Shown piece after piece: positions 39,570 through 50,212 of a DNA stretch of 64,000 nucleotides. The position numbers and the translations under genes are program-made. Origin of the DNA: an uncultured delta proteobacterium (GTDB lineage: Bacteria; Myxococcota_A; Polyangia; Polyangiales; Polyangiaceae); the NCBI GenBank assembly GCA_963716725.1, contig CAVQUB010000011.1, forward strand, positions 352,001-416,000. Direction: 5' to 3'. The notes beneath the pieces are model-generated. The model was not told the origin of the DNA. It did not search any database and saw only the letters and a list, made by a program, of their open reading frames with translations. How positions within the stretch are numbered: position 1 is the stretch's first letter; every line of letters starts with the position of its first letter.

Positions 39570-42156
39570 ATGGCTTCCCCCCCAGCAAGTCCCAGGTCCC
39601 GGTCGGGACCGTCCTGGAGGGGAAGTTCCGCATCACGCAAGGAGATCGGCCGCGGCGGCATGGCCGCGGTCTACGAGGCCGAGAACATCACGCTGGGCAA
39701 GCGCGTCGCGGTCAAGATCCTGGCCGCCGAGTTGGTGACCTCGCGCATCGTGCGCGAGCGCTTCCTGCGCGAGGCGCGCGCGGCAGCCGCGATCCGCAGC
39801 CCGAACATCTGCGACGTCTACGACTCGGGCATGTACGACGGGCGGCCGTTCCTGGTGATGGAGCTGCTCGAGGGCGAGAGCCTGTACGACATGATGACGC
39901 GCGTCCGTCGCATCGACGCCGACACGACGCTCGGCAGTCATCACGCAGACCGCCCGCGGCTTGCAGAAGGCCCACGACTCCACCGTCATCCACCGCGATC
40001 TGAAGCCCGAGAACATCTTCATCACCAAGACGCCGGAGGGCGAGATGGTGGTGAAGATCCTCGATTTCGGCCTGGCCAAGTTCTACGAGCAGACCGGCGA
40101 TGCCGCCTCGCCGCGACTGACCCGCGAAGGAGCGCTTGTTCGGAACGCCCGCCTACATGAGCCCGGAGCAGGCCAAGGGCCAAGGCGAGGTCGACCTCGC
40201 GCCGGATCTGTGGGCCCTCGGGCTGCATCGTCTACGAGTGCCTGACCGGGACCACGGTTTGGAACGTCGAGCAGGGCGTGGCGATGATCCTCGCGCAGAT
40301 CGCCGGGGCGCCCGATCCCGAAGCCCTCCAAGCTGCGCCCGGATCTGCCGCCGCAATTCGACTGCGTGGTTCGCCAAAGCGCTGGAGCGCGATCCCCGAA
40401 AGCGCTTCCAGACCGCGCGCGAGCTGGCAGAGACGCTGTCGGAGGCGCTGACTCCGGCGACCAGCATGCCGCCGCCCTCGTGGCGCCAGAGTTCCGCGCC
40501 CAGCGACGAAGAAGGCGCTCTGATCGACGAGCTCGTGGATCAGACCAGACCGGGGGCCCTCGCTCCGCCGCCGGCCCCGCGAATGCCAGCGCGCCGGGCG
40601 GGCGGCGCCGCCAGATCAGGTGCTCAACGCTCCGCAGCCCGCGCAAGAGCGGTCCGCTCGGCCTCGTCGGCGTGCTCTTGGGCGTGGCGGTGCTGGCCCT
40701 CGGCGGTTACGCGCTCTGGTTCTACGTGCTGCACCCACCGACGCCAGACCGCGCGACCCATGCCCAGCGCGTCGGGAGCCCCGAGCGCGAGCGCCACGCC
40801 CGCGGCGACCGCGGTCGGCACCGACTTACGACCTGCCGCTCGAGACGGAAGGCTACGCCCAGCACATCTCGCGAGGCGCAAGCGCTGCTCGAGCGCGGCA
40901 AGGGCGACGAGGCGCTCGCGGCGTTCAAGGAGGCGTTCAACAACGGCGGCTCCGGCGTCTCGCGCGGCTTGTTGAGCCATGCCGCGGTCGCGATCCCGAG
41001 CGCCGACGGCAAGTGCCGGGTGACCGGCCTCGGTCGCCCGCGCCCCTTCGAGCGCACGACGCCGAGCTCGCGCCCGGATCTGATCGTGCACCGCGGCTGG
41101 CGCGGTCGTGGTCTGGGTCGACAACCAGCAAGACGCGGCTCGCCGCCAGGCCTTCACCGCGTTGCTCGACGAGTGCGCTGCGCCGCGTCTCTCCGGCTCG
41201 GCTCGGTGACGCCGGAAGCGACCTCGGCGCGGCATACGCAGCTGATCGTCCGCCGGCGACAAGCTCGCGCTCTTGTTCTGGGAGGACGGCGGCACCGAGC
41301 CGGGCGTGTACGTCGCGAACGCTCGAGAGCCGACGGACGCATCGCGGGGCCGGCGCAGCGCGTGTCCGCCGTCAAGCGCGCAGGAGTACTCACCCGACCT
41401 TCGCTCGCGCGCCCAGACGGCTCGTACTGGGTGGTCTGGGAGGAGACCTTCGAGGACGGCGTCGACCTGGCGGCGCGCCACCTCTCGGCGGCGCTCGAGC
41501 CCGGTCGGCGAAGTCGACGCGACTGACGGCCTTCGGCTCCGGACGGGATGGACACGGCGCGATCGCCAGCCGACCCGAGCCTCGCCATCGCCGACGGGAC
41601 GTCTGCTCATCGTCGTTCGCGCTCGAGCGCGACAAGAAGCGCCGCATCATGCTGCTCGACGTGCCGCTGAACGACGCCGCACTGGCGTCCGGGGTGAAGA
41701 CCGAAGGCAAGAAGAAGCTCGAGGACCGCGTGGTGGGCAAGCTCGCTTCGGTGGCAGGCATCCGCGGACAGCGTGGCGAAGCACGGGTCGTGTGTGACAA
41801 GGCCGATTGTTTCGCTGGTCTGGGACGACGACAAGGGAGGAGCCTTCGCGGCGCTGTTCGACCGCTCCAAGCATCAGGTCATCTGGCACCGGGAGTTCGC
41901 GCGCGAGCGGCTCGGTACCCTCGATCTCGCTGGGGCCGTCCGGCGCCATGATCGCGTACTTCGATGCCAACCGTGTCAAGCTCGCGAGCATGACGCGCGA
42001 CGGGGTCGAGACCGTCGGAAGCGTGGCCAAGGTCGGCGGAATCCAGCCCTACCCCGCCATCACACCGGGAACCAAACCTGGACACTGGTACATTTCGTGG
42101 CGCGACTACGAGTCTGGACACCTCGAAGCGTACGTCGCCGGGCCGAGTGCAAGTGA
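39570..42156 (+). CDS. Membrane Ser/Thr protein kinase (many frameshifts)
   Basis: [31 protein letters not shown], a TM helix and an extracellular domain, spread over several frames. Confidence 0.78.
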
Positions 42157-42783
42157 CGCGCCGCAGCTCGTCTCCACCATCGACCCGCCTGGCGGCCCCA
42201 ACCCACCAGATGCTGTCGATTCCGACTCGGGTCGGCCTCCGGCGGGCCCCCATCGAGACCCCGCGCCTGATCCTACTTCCCATCGAAGCGAGCGACGGTC
42301 AGGAGATCTGGGACGCCGTCGACGGCTCGCGCTGGCACCTCGAGCGCTGGCTGCCGTGGGTCCCTTTCAACAACACACCGGAGGCGAGCCAACGCTACGC
42401 CGACGCCTGCGCCGCGGACTGGGACGCGGGACGCGCGGTGCGTTTTGCGATTCGTGACCGCGCCAGCCGAGAGCTCTTGGGCGTCGTGGGGCTCGATTCG
42501 TGTGTGCACTTGCACCGCTCGTGCGAGCTCGGCTACTGGCTTCGCCGCGACGCCACCGGGCGCGGACTGATGACCGAGGCGACGCGCGCGTCCGTCGAAT
42601 TCGCGTTCGACGCGCATGCGCGTCCACCGAATGCGGTGCGCCGCCGCCACCGACAACCACGCGAGCTTGCGCGTCATCGCGCGACTGGGCTTCCGCTTCG
42701 AGGGCATCGCGCGCCAGGCCGAGTTCGTCGGCTCGCGCTGGCTCGACCACGCCGTGTTCGCGCGGCTGGCGACGGACCCGTGA
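42153..42783 (+). CDS. RimJ/RimL-type GNAT acetyltransferase (frameshift ~42615-42630)
   Basis: ETPRLIL, WLPW, ELGYWLR..GRGLMTEA, N.ASLRV..RLGFRFEG. Confidence 0.82.
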
Positions 42784-44189
42784 GATCGAGAACCGCCCTC
42801 GAGCGACGACGGCGGCTCAGCTTTCTTCCGCTCGCACCCGTGGCCGTCGTGCTGCTGGGCATCGCCGCCGCGGTCGTGGTGGCGTGGGTGGGGCTCGGGG
42901 AGCTCGAGCGCCAAGGTCGGGGCGCCGCGCGGGACTCGGCCAAGCTCCTGTGCTCGACTCTGGCCGCGCGACTTTCGGCGACGGATCCCCGGGTCCGGCG
43001 GCGGTCGTCGAGCGTGCCGCGGCGCGCTCTCGCCTCGACGTCACGCTGCTCGGCGCGGACGGCAGCGTCGTACTCCGACACGGTGCTGCGCCGACGCCCG
43101 CAGAACTCGAGGCCGCCGAGCGGGACCACGTCGATGCCAGCTGGGTCGTGGCGCCCTCCGCGGGCGGGCAGCTGGCAATCCGCATTCGTGCGGCAGCCGG
43201 CGCGCTCCGATCGCAGCTCGCTCCTGGCGTCGGTGGCCGCCCTGACCTGGATCCTGATCGGAGCCGCGGCGCTGGTCGCCTACGCCATCGCCCGGGACGC
43301 GCGCTCGGACGTCGCGTACGTGAAAGACCGCATCGAAGAGATGGCGAGTCTCGATCGCGAGCCCGCCGGCAAGCTCATCCCCGTGCGCAACTTCGATCAG
43401 GTGGGCCTCCTGACGGCAGCCTTCGATGGTCTGGTCGAGCGCTTCACCGCAGCGGAACGCGCTTACCGGCAGGACCTCGCCGGCGCCCTGGCCTACGATC
43501 GCGATCGCAGTGCGTTCTTGGCGGCGCTCTCCCACGAGCTGCGCACCCCCCTCAACGCCATCTTGGGGTTCGCCGACGTACTGCTGGCAGAAGTCGACGG
43601 ACCGCTCAGCGCTGACGCTCGAGAGAACCTCGACGTGGTCCGCTCGAAAGGCGAGCATCTGCGAGAGCTCATCGATGACATCCTCGAGCTGTCGGCCCTC
43701 GAAAGCGGCGAGCTCGAGCTGTCGCGGGAGACGCTGGACCTATGGCCCATCGCCGAGGATGCCGTGCGCGAGGCCCGGATCAACGCCCGGGACAAGCCCA
43801 TCGAGATCGTGCTGAAGGGTGGGTCGCTCACCACCTGGGCCGACGCCCGTCGCGTACGTCAAATCCTGGGCAACGTGGTGGGCAACGCGGTCAAGTTCAC
43901 TCCCGAAGGACGGGTCGAGGTGGTCATCGAAGCCCAGTCCGAACGCTGGGCGCTGATCCGCGTCAGCGACACCGGGCCCGGCATCGCCCCCGAGGACCAA
44001 GCCAGCATCTTCGAAGAGTACCGCCAGGTCGGTGATCTCGCTGCCCGGCGCGCTGGCTCCGGTCTGGGCCTGGCGATCTCGCGTCGCTTGGTCCAGATGC
44101 ACGACGGCACCATCGATCTAGAGAGCGCGCTTGGACAGGGGTCCGTGTTTCGCATCTTCTTGCCGCGGGACCCCGAGGTGCTGACGTGA
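42780..44189 (+). CDS. Membrane sensor histidine kinase (compensating frameshifts ~43000-43190)
   Basis: SHELRTPLNAILGF, GNAVKFT, DTGPGI, GSGLGL. Confidence 0.88.
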   Translation: MRSRTALERRRRLSFLPLAPVAVVLLGIAAAVVVAWVGLGELERQGRGAARDSAKLLCSTLAARLSATDPRVRRRSSSVPRRALASTSRCSARTAASYSDTVLRRRPQNSRPPSGTTSMPAGSWRPPRAGSWQSAFVRQPARSDRSSLLASVAALTWILIGAAALVAYAIARDARSDVAYVKDRIEEMASLDREPAGKLIPVRNFDQVGLLTAAFDGLVERFTAAERAYRQDLAGALAYDRDRSAFLAALSHELRTPLNAILGFADVLLAEVDGPLSADARENLDVVRSKGEHLRELIDDILELSALESGELELSRETLDLWPIAEDAVREARINARDKPIEIVLKGGSLTTWADARRVRQILGNVVGNAVKFTPEGRVEVVIEAQSERWALIRVSDTGPGIAPEDQASIFEEYRQVGDLAARRAGSGLGLAISRRLVQMHDGTIDLESALGQGSVFRIFLPRDPEVLT

Positions 44190-46039
44190 GGCTGCCCGGC
44201 TCGGCGCTCGAGAGGCGAGTACTGGCTTGGCAGGCTGCCTTCGCCCTCGGCACTGCGTTCTTGGTGGCCCCGCTCGTGCCCCGATTGCTGCTCTTGTCAG
44301 GTCCGGTCCAAGAAGCGGTCACGCGCGTGCTCTTGTACTCGGTGGGAACCGGCGGAGCCGTCGCGCTGGTCCACAACGCGCTGGTCCTCGGTCGTCACCG
44401 AGCGCTGTTCGGTGCGCTGATCTCTGGACCGAACTCGGTGAAGGCTCGGGACCTGGCGGCCTTGGCCGAAGACAGCGGTCGCGTGGTGACCGGCTGGGTC
44501 GCTCCTCCCTTGGCCGGACTCGCGCTGACGGGAACACTGTTCCGACCAGCGCTGGTCGACCTGACGACCGGAGTCAGCGTCGCGCTCCTGGGCACGGTCT
44601 TCGTCGCCGCGGCGAGCCTCCCGCTCAGCGTGATGATCCGTGGGACCTTCGCCCAATGCTTCGAGGCTGCACCTCCGGACGTCATGCGTTCGGTGGTCGA
44701 ATCGGAGGAGAAACGCGGAAACCTCAAGCGGCACCTCCCACGACGGCTCATGTTCGCCGTGGCCTTGCCCGTGGCCCTCGTCTCGGTGGGCGCCGCGCTG
44801 GTCACCAACGCCGTAGTGCGGCGCGCCGACCAACGCGATCGCCAGGAGACGGCGCGCTTGTTGGCCCGCGCCGCCTTCGACTCGACACCTGGCTCGCTCG
44901 AGGCAGCCGGGGTCGAGGAAGCCGTGATCGCTGCCGAACGCGCCGGCTACATCGTCACGCTCAATCGCCGCTTCGCTCCGCCGCACGTCGAGCACGAAGC
45001 GGAGGGAACCGTCGAGATCTCCGCGCCGCTGGAGCAAGGCACTGCCCACGTGCGCCTCGGCGCCTCGGAGCTCGGGGTCTTCAGCCCGGTGTCCATGGTG
45101 GTGTCGCTGCTCTCGGTGATGCTCGCGGCCTTGTTTGGCGCAGGTCTCGGGCGGGCGCTGAACGACGACGTGGCGACGGCGACACGAGGCGTGCGTCTGC
45201 TCGGGACAGACAGCGTGATCGGCGGCGGCACGCGGGTGATGCGCCCGGTTCGCTTCCGGCTGGTCGAGGATCTCGGCCTGGCCATCGAAGATCTCGCCGA
45301 GCGCTTCCGCGTCTTCGCACACGCTCAGGAGCGGGCGATCTCCGCGCGCGAGCGGGCCGCCCGGATGCGCGGGCTGTTCTTCGCCAGCGTGAGCCACGAC
45401 CTCAAGAGCCCGCTCAACGCCATCCTCGGGTTCACCAACTTGGTTCGCGACACCGAAGAGCTCAGCCCCGGGCAGATCGAGAGCCTGGATCTGATCGCCA
45501 AGCGCGGGCTCGAGCTGTTGGCGCTGATCGAGACCATCCTCGACGCCTCGCGGGTCGAGGCGCGGCAGCTGACGCTGGTGCGCGAGAGCGTGCGCATCGA
45601 AGACCTCTTCGAGGAGGCGCTGAGCAAGGGCCGTGATCTGGGCGGCGACGAGCAGGTCGAGGTGGTCGCCGAGATCCTCGATGGTGTGCCCGACCTATCG
45701 GTGGATCGCCTGCGGCTCGCGCGAGCCCTCGCCACCATCATCGGTCATGCCCTCCGGTCCAGCGAGAAGGCCTACGTCCGCATGCGGGCAGCGCCGTCCC
45801 GGGCCGGCGGCGCGCGCATCGACGTCGAGGTGCCGAGCACCCGGGTGCCCGCCCGCGTCCTCGCCGGAATGCTCGACCCCAACCCCGACCCCGGCGAGCG
45901 GGAGCATCGCGGCCTCGCCTTGGGGCTCTCCCTCGCGCGCTCGGTCATCGAACTCCACGGCGGCACGGTCGCCGTGACCGATCGCGGCAGCAAGGGCAGC
46001 GTGTTCACGGTCAGGATCCCGGTCGGTCCCGCAGCCTGA
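44186..46039 (+). CDS. Multi-TM histidine kinase with an atypical ATPase domain
   Basis: SHDLKSPLNAILGF H-box; N-box reads IIGHALR; G1 not evident; LALGLS. Confidence 0.8.
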   Translation: MRLPGSALERRVLAWQAAFALGTAFLVAPLVPRLLLLSGPVQEAVTRVLLYSVGTGGAVALVHNALVLGRHRALFGALISGPNSVKARDLAALAEDSGRVVTGWVAPPLAGLALTGTLFRPALVDLTTGVSVALLGTVFVAAASLPLSVMIRGTFAQCFEAAPPDVMRSVVESEEKRGNLKRHLPRRLMFAVALPVALVSVGAALVTNAVVRRADQRDRQETARLLARAAFDSTPGSLEAAGVEEAVIAAERAGYIVTLNRRFAPPHVEHEAEGTVEISAPLEQGTAHVRLGASELGVFSPVSMVVSLLSVMLAALFGAGLGRALNDDVATATRGVRLLGTDSVIGGGTRVMRPVRFRLVEDLGLAIEDLAERFRVFAHAQERAISARERAARMRGLFFASVSHDLKSPLNAILGFTNLVRDTEELSPGQIESLDLIAKRGLELLALIETILDASRVEARQLTLVRESVRIEDLFEEALSKGRDLGGDEQVEVVAEILDGVPDLSVDRLRLARALATIIGHALRSSEKAYVRMRAAPSRAGGARIDVEVPSTRVPARVLAGMLDPNPDPGEREHRGLALGLSLARSVIELHGGTVAVTDRGSKGSVFTVRIPVGPAA

Positions 46040-46085
46040 GGCGACGGGGCTTGGTCCCAGGTCACGCCCTTCCTATAGTGGCGCC

Positions 46086-47507
46086 ATGAGCGAGCTCGAT
46101 CGACTGGATGCCACTGCTCTCGCCGAGCTGGTGCGAACGAAGAAGGCCTCCGCGCGTGAACTGGTGGAGCATTCCATCGCACGGATCGAGAAGTTGAACC
46201 CGACCTTGAACGCGGTGGTCACACCCATGTTCGAATCAGCGTTGGCGCGCGCCGATGCGCCGGTCGGCGACGGCCCCTTCGCCGGTGTCCCGTTCCTGGT
46301 GAAGGACATCCTCGCCTCGGTCGAGGGCGTGCGCTTCACCAGCGGTTCGCGCATGTTGGCGGACTTCGTGGCTCACGAAGACAGCGTCCTGATCGAACGC
46401 TTGCGCCGAGCGGGCTTCATCTTCGTGGGCAAGACCAACGTGCCGGAGTTCGGGTTCCTGCCCACCACCGAGCCTCGGCTCTTCGGTGCTTGCAAGAACC
46501 CTTGGGATCTCACGCGCACCACCGGCGGCTCCAGCGGTGGCTCGGCGGCGGCAGTCGCGGCCCGCATGGTGCCGGCAGCCCACGCCAACGACGGCGGCGG
46601 CTCGACTCGGATCCCGGCCTCATGCTGCGGGCTCTTCGGCCTGAAGCCCACCCGCGGCCGCATCACCTTGGCTCCGGCCCTCGGCGACGTGATGGGCGGC
46701 CTCGTAGCGGAGCACGTGGTGTCGATCTCGGTTCGCGACAGCGCGGCCATCCTCGACGCCACCCACGGACCTGCGCTCGGGGATCCCTACTACGCCGCGC
46801 CGCCCGTTCGGGCCTACGCCGAGGAGGTCAGGACCCCGCCGGGCAAGCTGCGCATCGGGATCTCGAGGACGCCCATCTCGGGCGTGGCGGTGCACGCGGA
46901 CTGCATTGCGGCCCTCGAAGACGCCCGAAAACTGCTGACGGAGCTCGGTCACGAGGTCGTCGATCGCGAGGTATTCCTGCCCGGCGACATGTTCCTGGAG
47001 GCGTTCTCGGTGCTGTGGACCGCCGGCGCCGCCGCGACGCTCGACGGACTGGCGTTGCTCACGGGTCGCAAGGCCACCAGCGAGAACGTCGAGCCCATGA
47101 GCTTTGCACTCGCCGAAGCCGGACGACAGCGCAGCGCCGGAGAGGTCCTGATCTCGATGGCCATCTTGCAGCGCCTGGCGCGCGAGTGGGCGAAGCAGCG
47201 CGACGACCTCGACGTGCTGGTGACGCCGACGCTCGCCCAGCCGCCGGTGCCGCTCGGCAGCTTCGATCTGGCAGACAACCCCCTGGGGGGCCTGTTCTTG
47301 GCGGCTGAGTTCGCTCCCTTCACTCCCGTTCAGAACATGACGGGCGAGCCCGCGGCGAACGTGCCTTTGACCTGGAATGCCGACGGACTTCCGATCGGCG
47401 TTCAGCTCGTCGGCCGCTACGGGGACGAGGCCACGCTTTTCCGGTTGTCAGCCCAGCTCGAGCAGGCGCGCCCCTGGGCGGAGCGCATTCCACCGCCCGC
47501 ACGCTGA
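46086..47507 (+). CDS. Amidase (amidase signature family)
   Basis: [20 protein letters not shown]. Confidence 0.93.
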   Translation: MSELDRLDATALAELVRTKKASARELVEHSIARIEKLNPTLNAVVTPMFESALARADAPVGDGPFAGVPFLVKDILASVEGVRFTSGSRMLADFVAHEDSVLIERLRRAGFIFVGKTNVPEFGFLPTTEPRLFGACKNPWDLTRTTGGSSGGSAAAVAARMVPAAHANDGGGSTRIPASCCGLFGLKPTRGRITLAPALGDVMGGLVAEHVVSISVRDSAAILDATHGPALGDPYYAAPPVRAYAEEVRTPPGKLRIGISRTPISGVAVHADCIAALEDARKLLTELGHEVVDREVFLPGDMFLEAFSVLWTAGAAATLDGLALLTGRKATSENVEPMSFALAEAGRQRSAGEVLISMAILQRLAREWAKQRDDLDVLVTPTLAQPPVPLGSFDLADNPLGGLFLAAEFAPFTPVQNMTGEPAANVPLTWNADGLPIGVQLVGRYGDEATLFRLSAQLEQARPWAERIPPPAR

Positions 47508-47521
47508 AGCGCCTGGGACGC

Positions 47522-48985
47522 TCAGCGTGCGATCACCACGTAGGTGCCCGCGCCGTGCCGGCCGCCCGGGCCCGCGCCGCCCCAACCCGCGGGCACCGTC
47601 GGCGTCGTCCAGTCGTGGAGCCACTTGCCGTCGCGGGGTGAAACGTTGACGCAGCCGGCGCTCATCGGCTCGCCGAATTCTTCGTGCCAGTAGGCGGTGT
47701 GCAGGGCGAAGGGCGCGTTGAAGTACTGCGTGTAAGGCACGTCAGCGATCCAGAATTTGCGGTTCTCGCCGTACTCGGGGCTCATGGTCGTGGCCCCGTG
47801 TTTGAAGGTGACCCGGTACACGCCGAGCGGCGTCGTGCTCATCTTGATCGGATCCTTGCCCTTGATCGGCACGCCGCCGGCGCCCGGCGACGCCAGAGTC
47901 GCAAACACCGCTCGTTTGCCCTCGTAGGCGATGAGCGTGCCCTGGGTGATGCTGTGCATGAGCCACTTCGATCCCGCCGCTACCCCAATCGGCGGCTCCT
48001 TGCGCTCGCGGATCACGGTCGCGTCGTCCTCGCGCACCCAGATCACGTCCGCGCCCGCCGACTGCCGGGTCGCCAGGTAGCGCTTGCCGAAAACCTCCAC
48101 GGCAGGCGCCGAGTCGTCGATTCCGATCCAGCTCCGTGCCCCGAAGCTCTCACCGGTGGGCTCGAATGCCTCGCCGACACGGCGGAATTTCGGTCGAGGC
48201 TTGGCGCGGAAAAAAGCGATGGGCAACGCGCCGTCTTTTCCGATTTCGACACCGCGAAATTCGCTCACTCGGAACGGTCGGACGCGATCGGCGGGCACCA
48301 GGGTGCCGTCGGAGCTGAGCAGATAGGTGCGGCCTTCGTGGCTGAACGAGCCTTGGTACGCCAACATCGAGCCGTGGGGGATCTGCCGGCGCAGCGTCTC
48401 GAGCGGGTTGGCGTCACCGGCGCTGCCTCCGTTGGCGAAGAACCAAGGCAGCGCGGTGCTCGCTTCGACCGCGCGCGCTTCGGCCAGCCGCTCGTGCCCG
48501 CGATTGCCCCACGACTGCGGCTTGAAGCTGCCCGCTTTTCCGAAAATCTTGCCCTCGCGCTCGACCTCGACGCTGCTGGGCAGGCGCCGGTACATCGGCG
48601 CGCCGTTCGACAGCGCAAAGTCGAAGGGCATCAGGCTGTTCCGAGGCGCCAACTCAGCCATGGCGCGCAGCCAGCGGCTGCTTCTCTCGATGCTCGCGCG
48701 GCGATCGAGACACACCCAGCCGTAGGGCTCGACCGGGTAGTACGAGCCGCTGCAACCCGTCCCCTTGACCGGCGCCTCGGATCGCAAGGCCACTGACTGA
48801 CCTAGCCTGACATAGCCAAGGGGGTTCTTGCCGTTGCGCGGCTGCTCGTGGATCCAGGTCGTCTGGCCGCGACTCCAGATCCGCGTCGGGCCAGCCTCTG
48901 GCTTCGCTGCCGCGTTCGGCGCATCCGCGAGCGCTGGCGCGCCGAACGCGAGCACGACGAGAGCAGCTGCGGGCCGGGGAAGCAT
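47522..48985 (-). CDS. L,D-transpeptidase (YkuD) family exported protein
   Basis: Signal peptide; TPLG.Y, ALHTAYWH..FG.PMSAGCVN. Confidence 0.85.
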   Translation of the reverse strand: MLPRPAAALVVLAFGAPALADAPNAAAKPEAGPTRIWSRGQTTWIHEQPRNGKNPLGYVRLGQSVALRSEAPVKGTGCSGSYYPVEPYGWVCLDRRASIERSSRWLRAMAELAPRNSLMPFDFALSNGAPMYRRLPSSVEVEREGKIFGKAGSFKPQSWGNRGHERLAEARAVEASTALPWFFANGGSAGDANPLETLRRQIPHGSMLAYQGSFSHEGRTYLLSSDGTLVPADRVRPFRVSEFRGVEIGKDGALPIAFFRAKPRPKFRRVGEAFEPTGESFGARSWIGIDDSAPAVEVFGKRYLATRQSAGADVIWVREDDATVIRERKEPPIGVAAGSKWLMHSITQGTLIAYEGKRAVFATLASPGAGGVPIKGKDPIKMSTTPLGVYRVTFKHGATTMSPEYGENRKFWIADVPYTQYFNAPFALHTAYWHEEFGEPMSAGCVNVSPRDGKWLHDWTTPTVPAGWGGAGPGGRHGAGTYVVIAR

Positions 48986-49067
48986 CGCCGCATCGTGTCC
49001 GAGAGCGGGCCGCTTGAAAAGGGCTACATGGAAACGGACCGCCCTCCAGAGTAGAGTCGCGCCCCCC

Positions 49068-50132
49068 ATGGCGTCCCGCAAAAAGCAGGACGGCGCCCCG
49101 CCGGCGTCGACCGAAGACCGCGTGTTGACGCCAGCGGCGGTCGACGAAGACGAGCGTTTCGACCGCCTGTTCCGCCCCGAGTCCCTCGACGAGTTCATCG
49201 GTCAGGACAAACACAAGCAGAACCTCCAGGTCTTCGTGGCCGCGGCGCGGAAGCGCACCGAGCCCCTCGACCACATCTTGCTGTGCGGGCCACCGGGCCT
49301 CGGCAAGACGACCCTCGCTTACATCTTGGCCAAGGAAATGGGGGTGAACCTGGCATTGACCAGCGGCCCCGCCGTCGAGCACAAGGGCGCGCTCACGGGC
49401 GTCCTGACCAAACTCGGGCGCGGCGACGTGCTCTTCATCGACGAGATCCATCGTCTGAACGCCACCGTCGAAGAAGCGTTGTATCCGGCCATCGAAGACT
49501 TCCGAATGGACGTGATGATGGGTGAAGGGGCCTACGCGGAGAGCATCTCCATCGATCTCAGGCCGTTCACGCTCGTGGGCGCCACGACGCGCACGGGCCT
49601 GTTGAGCAAGCCGCTGCAAGAACGCTTCGGTGTCACCCTGCGCCTCGACTTCTACCCGGTCTCCGATCTCGAACGCATCGTCTCGCGGAGCGCGCGCTTG
49701 TTCGGCGTTCCCTGCACCGACGGCGGCGCCCGGGCCCTCGCCCAGCGCTCCCGCGGCACGCCGCGCGTCGCCAACCGACTGCTGCGGCGTGCTCGAGACT
49801 TTGCCGAGGTAGAGGGCAACGGGCAGATCGACGACCAGATCGTGCGCTTGACCTGCGACCGCCTGGAGATTGACGAAGCAGGGCTCGACGAAATGGATCG
49901 ACGGCTGCTCAGTATCTTGATCGACCACTACGAAGGGGGACCGGTCGGGGTCGAGACGCTGGCGGCAGCCATGGCCGAGCCACGCGACACCATCGAGGAC
50001 GTTTACGAGCCGTACCTCTTGCAACAGGGCTTCCTCGGCCGCACGCCCCGGGGTCGCGTAGCAACGAAGAAATCCTACGAGCACCTCGGCAAGCCCCTGG
50101 TCGATCGCGCACCGCAGGGCAAGCTGTTCTGA
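49068..50132 (+). CDS. ruvB: Holliday junction branch migration helicase RuvB
   Basis: GPPGLGKTT, FIDEIHR, GATTR, RGTPR, EPYL..RTPRGR. Confidence 0.97.
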   Translation: MASRKKQDGAPPASTEDRVLTPAAVDEDERFDRLFRPESLDEFIGQDKHKQNLQVFVAAARKRTEPLDHILLCGPPGLGKTTLAYILAKEMGVNLALTSGPAVEHKGALTGVLTKLGRGDVLFIDEIHRLNATVEEALYPAIEDFRMDVMMGEGAYAESISIDLRPFTLVGATTRTGLLSKPLQERFGVTLRLDFYPVSDLERIVSRSARLFGVPCTDGGARALAQRSRGTPRVANRLLRRARDFAEVEGNGQIDDQIVRLTCDRLEIDEAGLDEMDRRLLSILIDHYEGGPVGVETLAAAMAEPRDTIEDVYEPYLLQQGFLGRTPRGRVATKKSYEHLGKPLVDRAPQGKLF

Positions 50133-50212
50133 GCAACGCTGCCGCCCGGCGTTCCCCGACCTTCCCCCCACCAAGTCTTGCCCCCGCCTGAAAGCTCGCG
50201 CATTCTAGTGGG

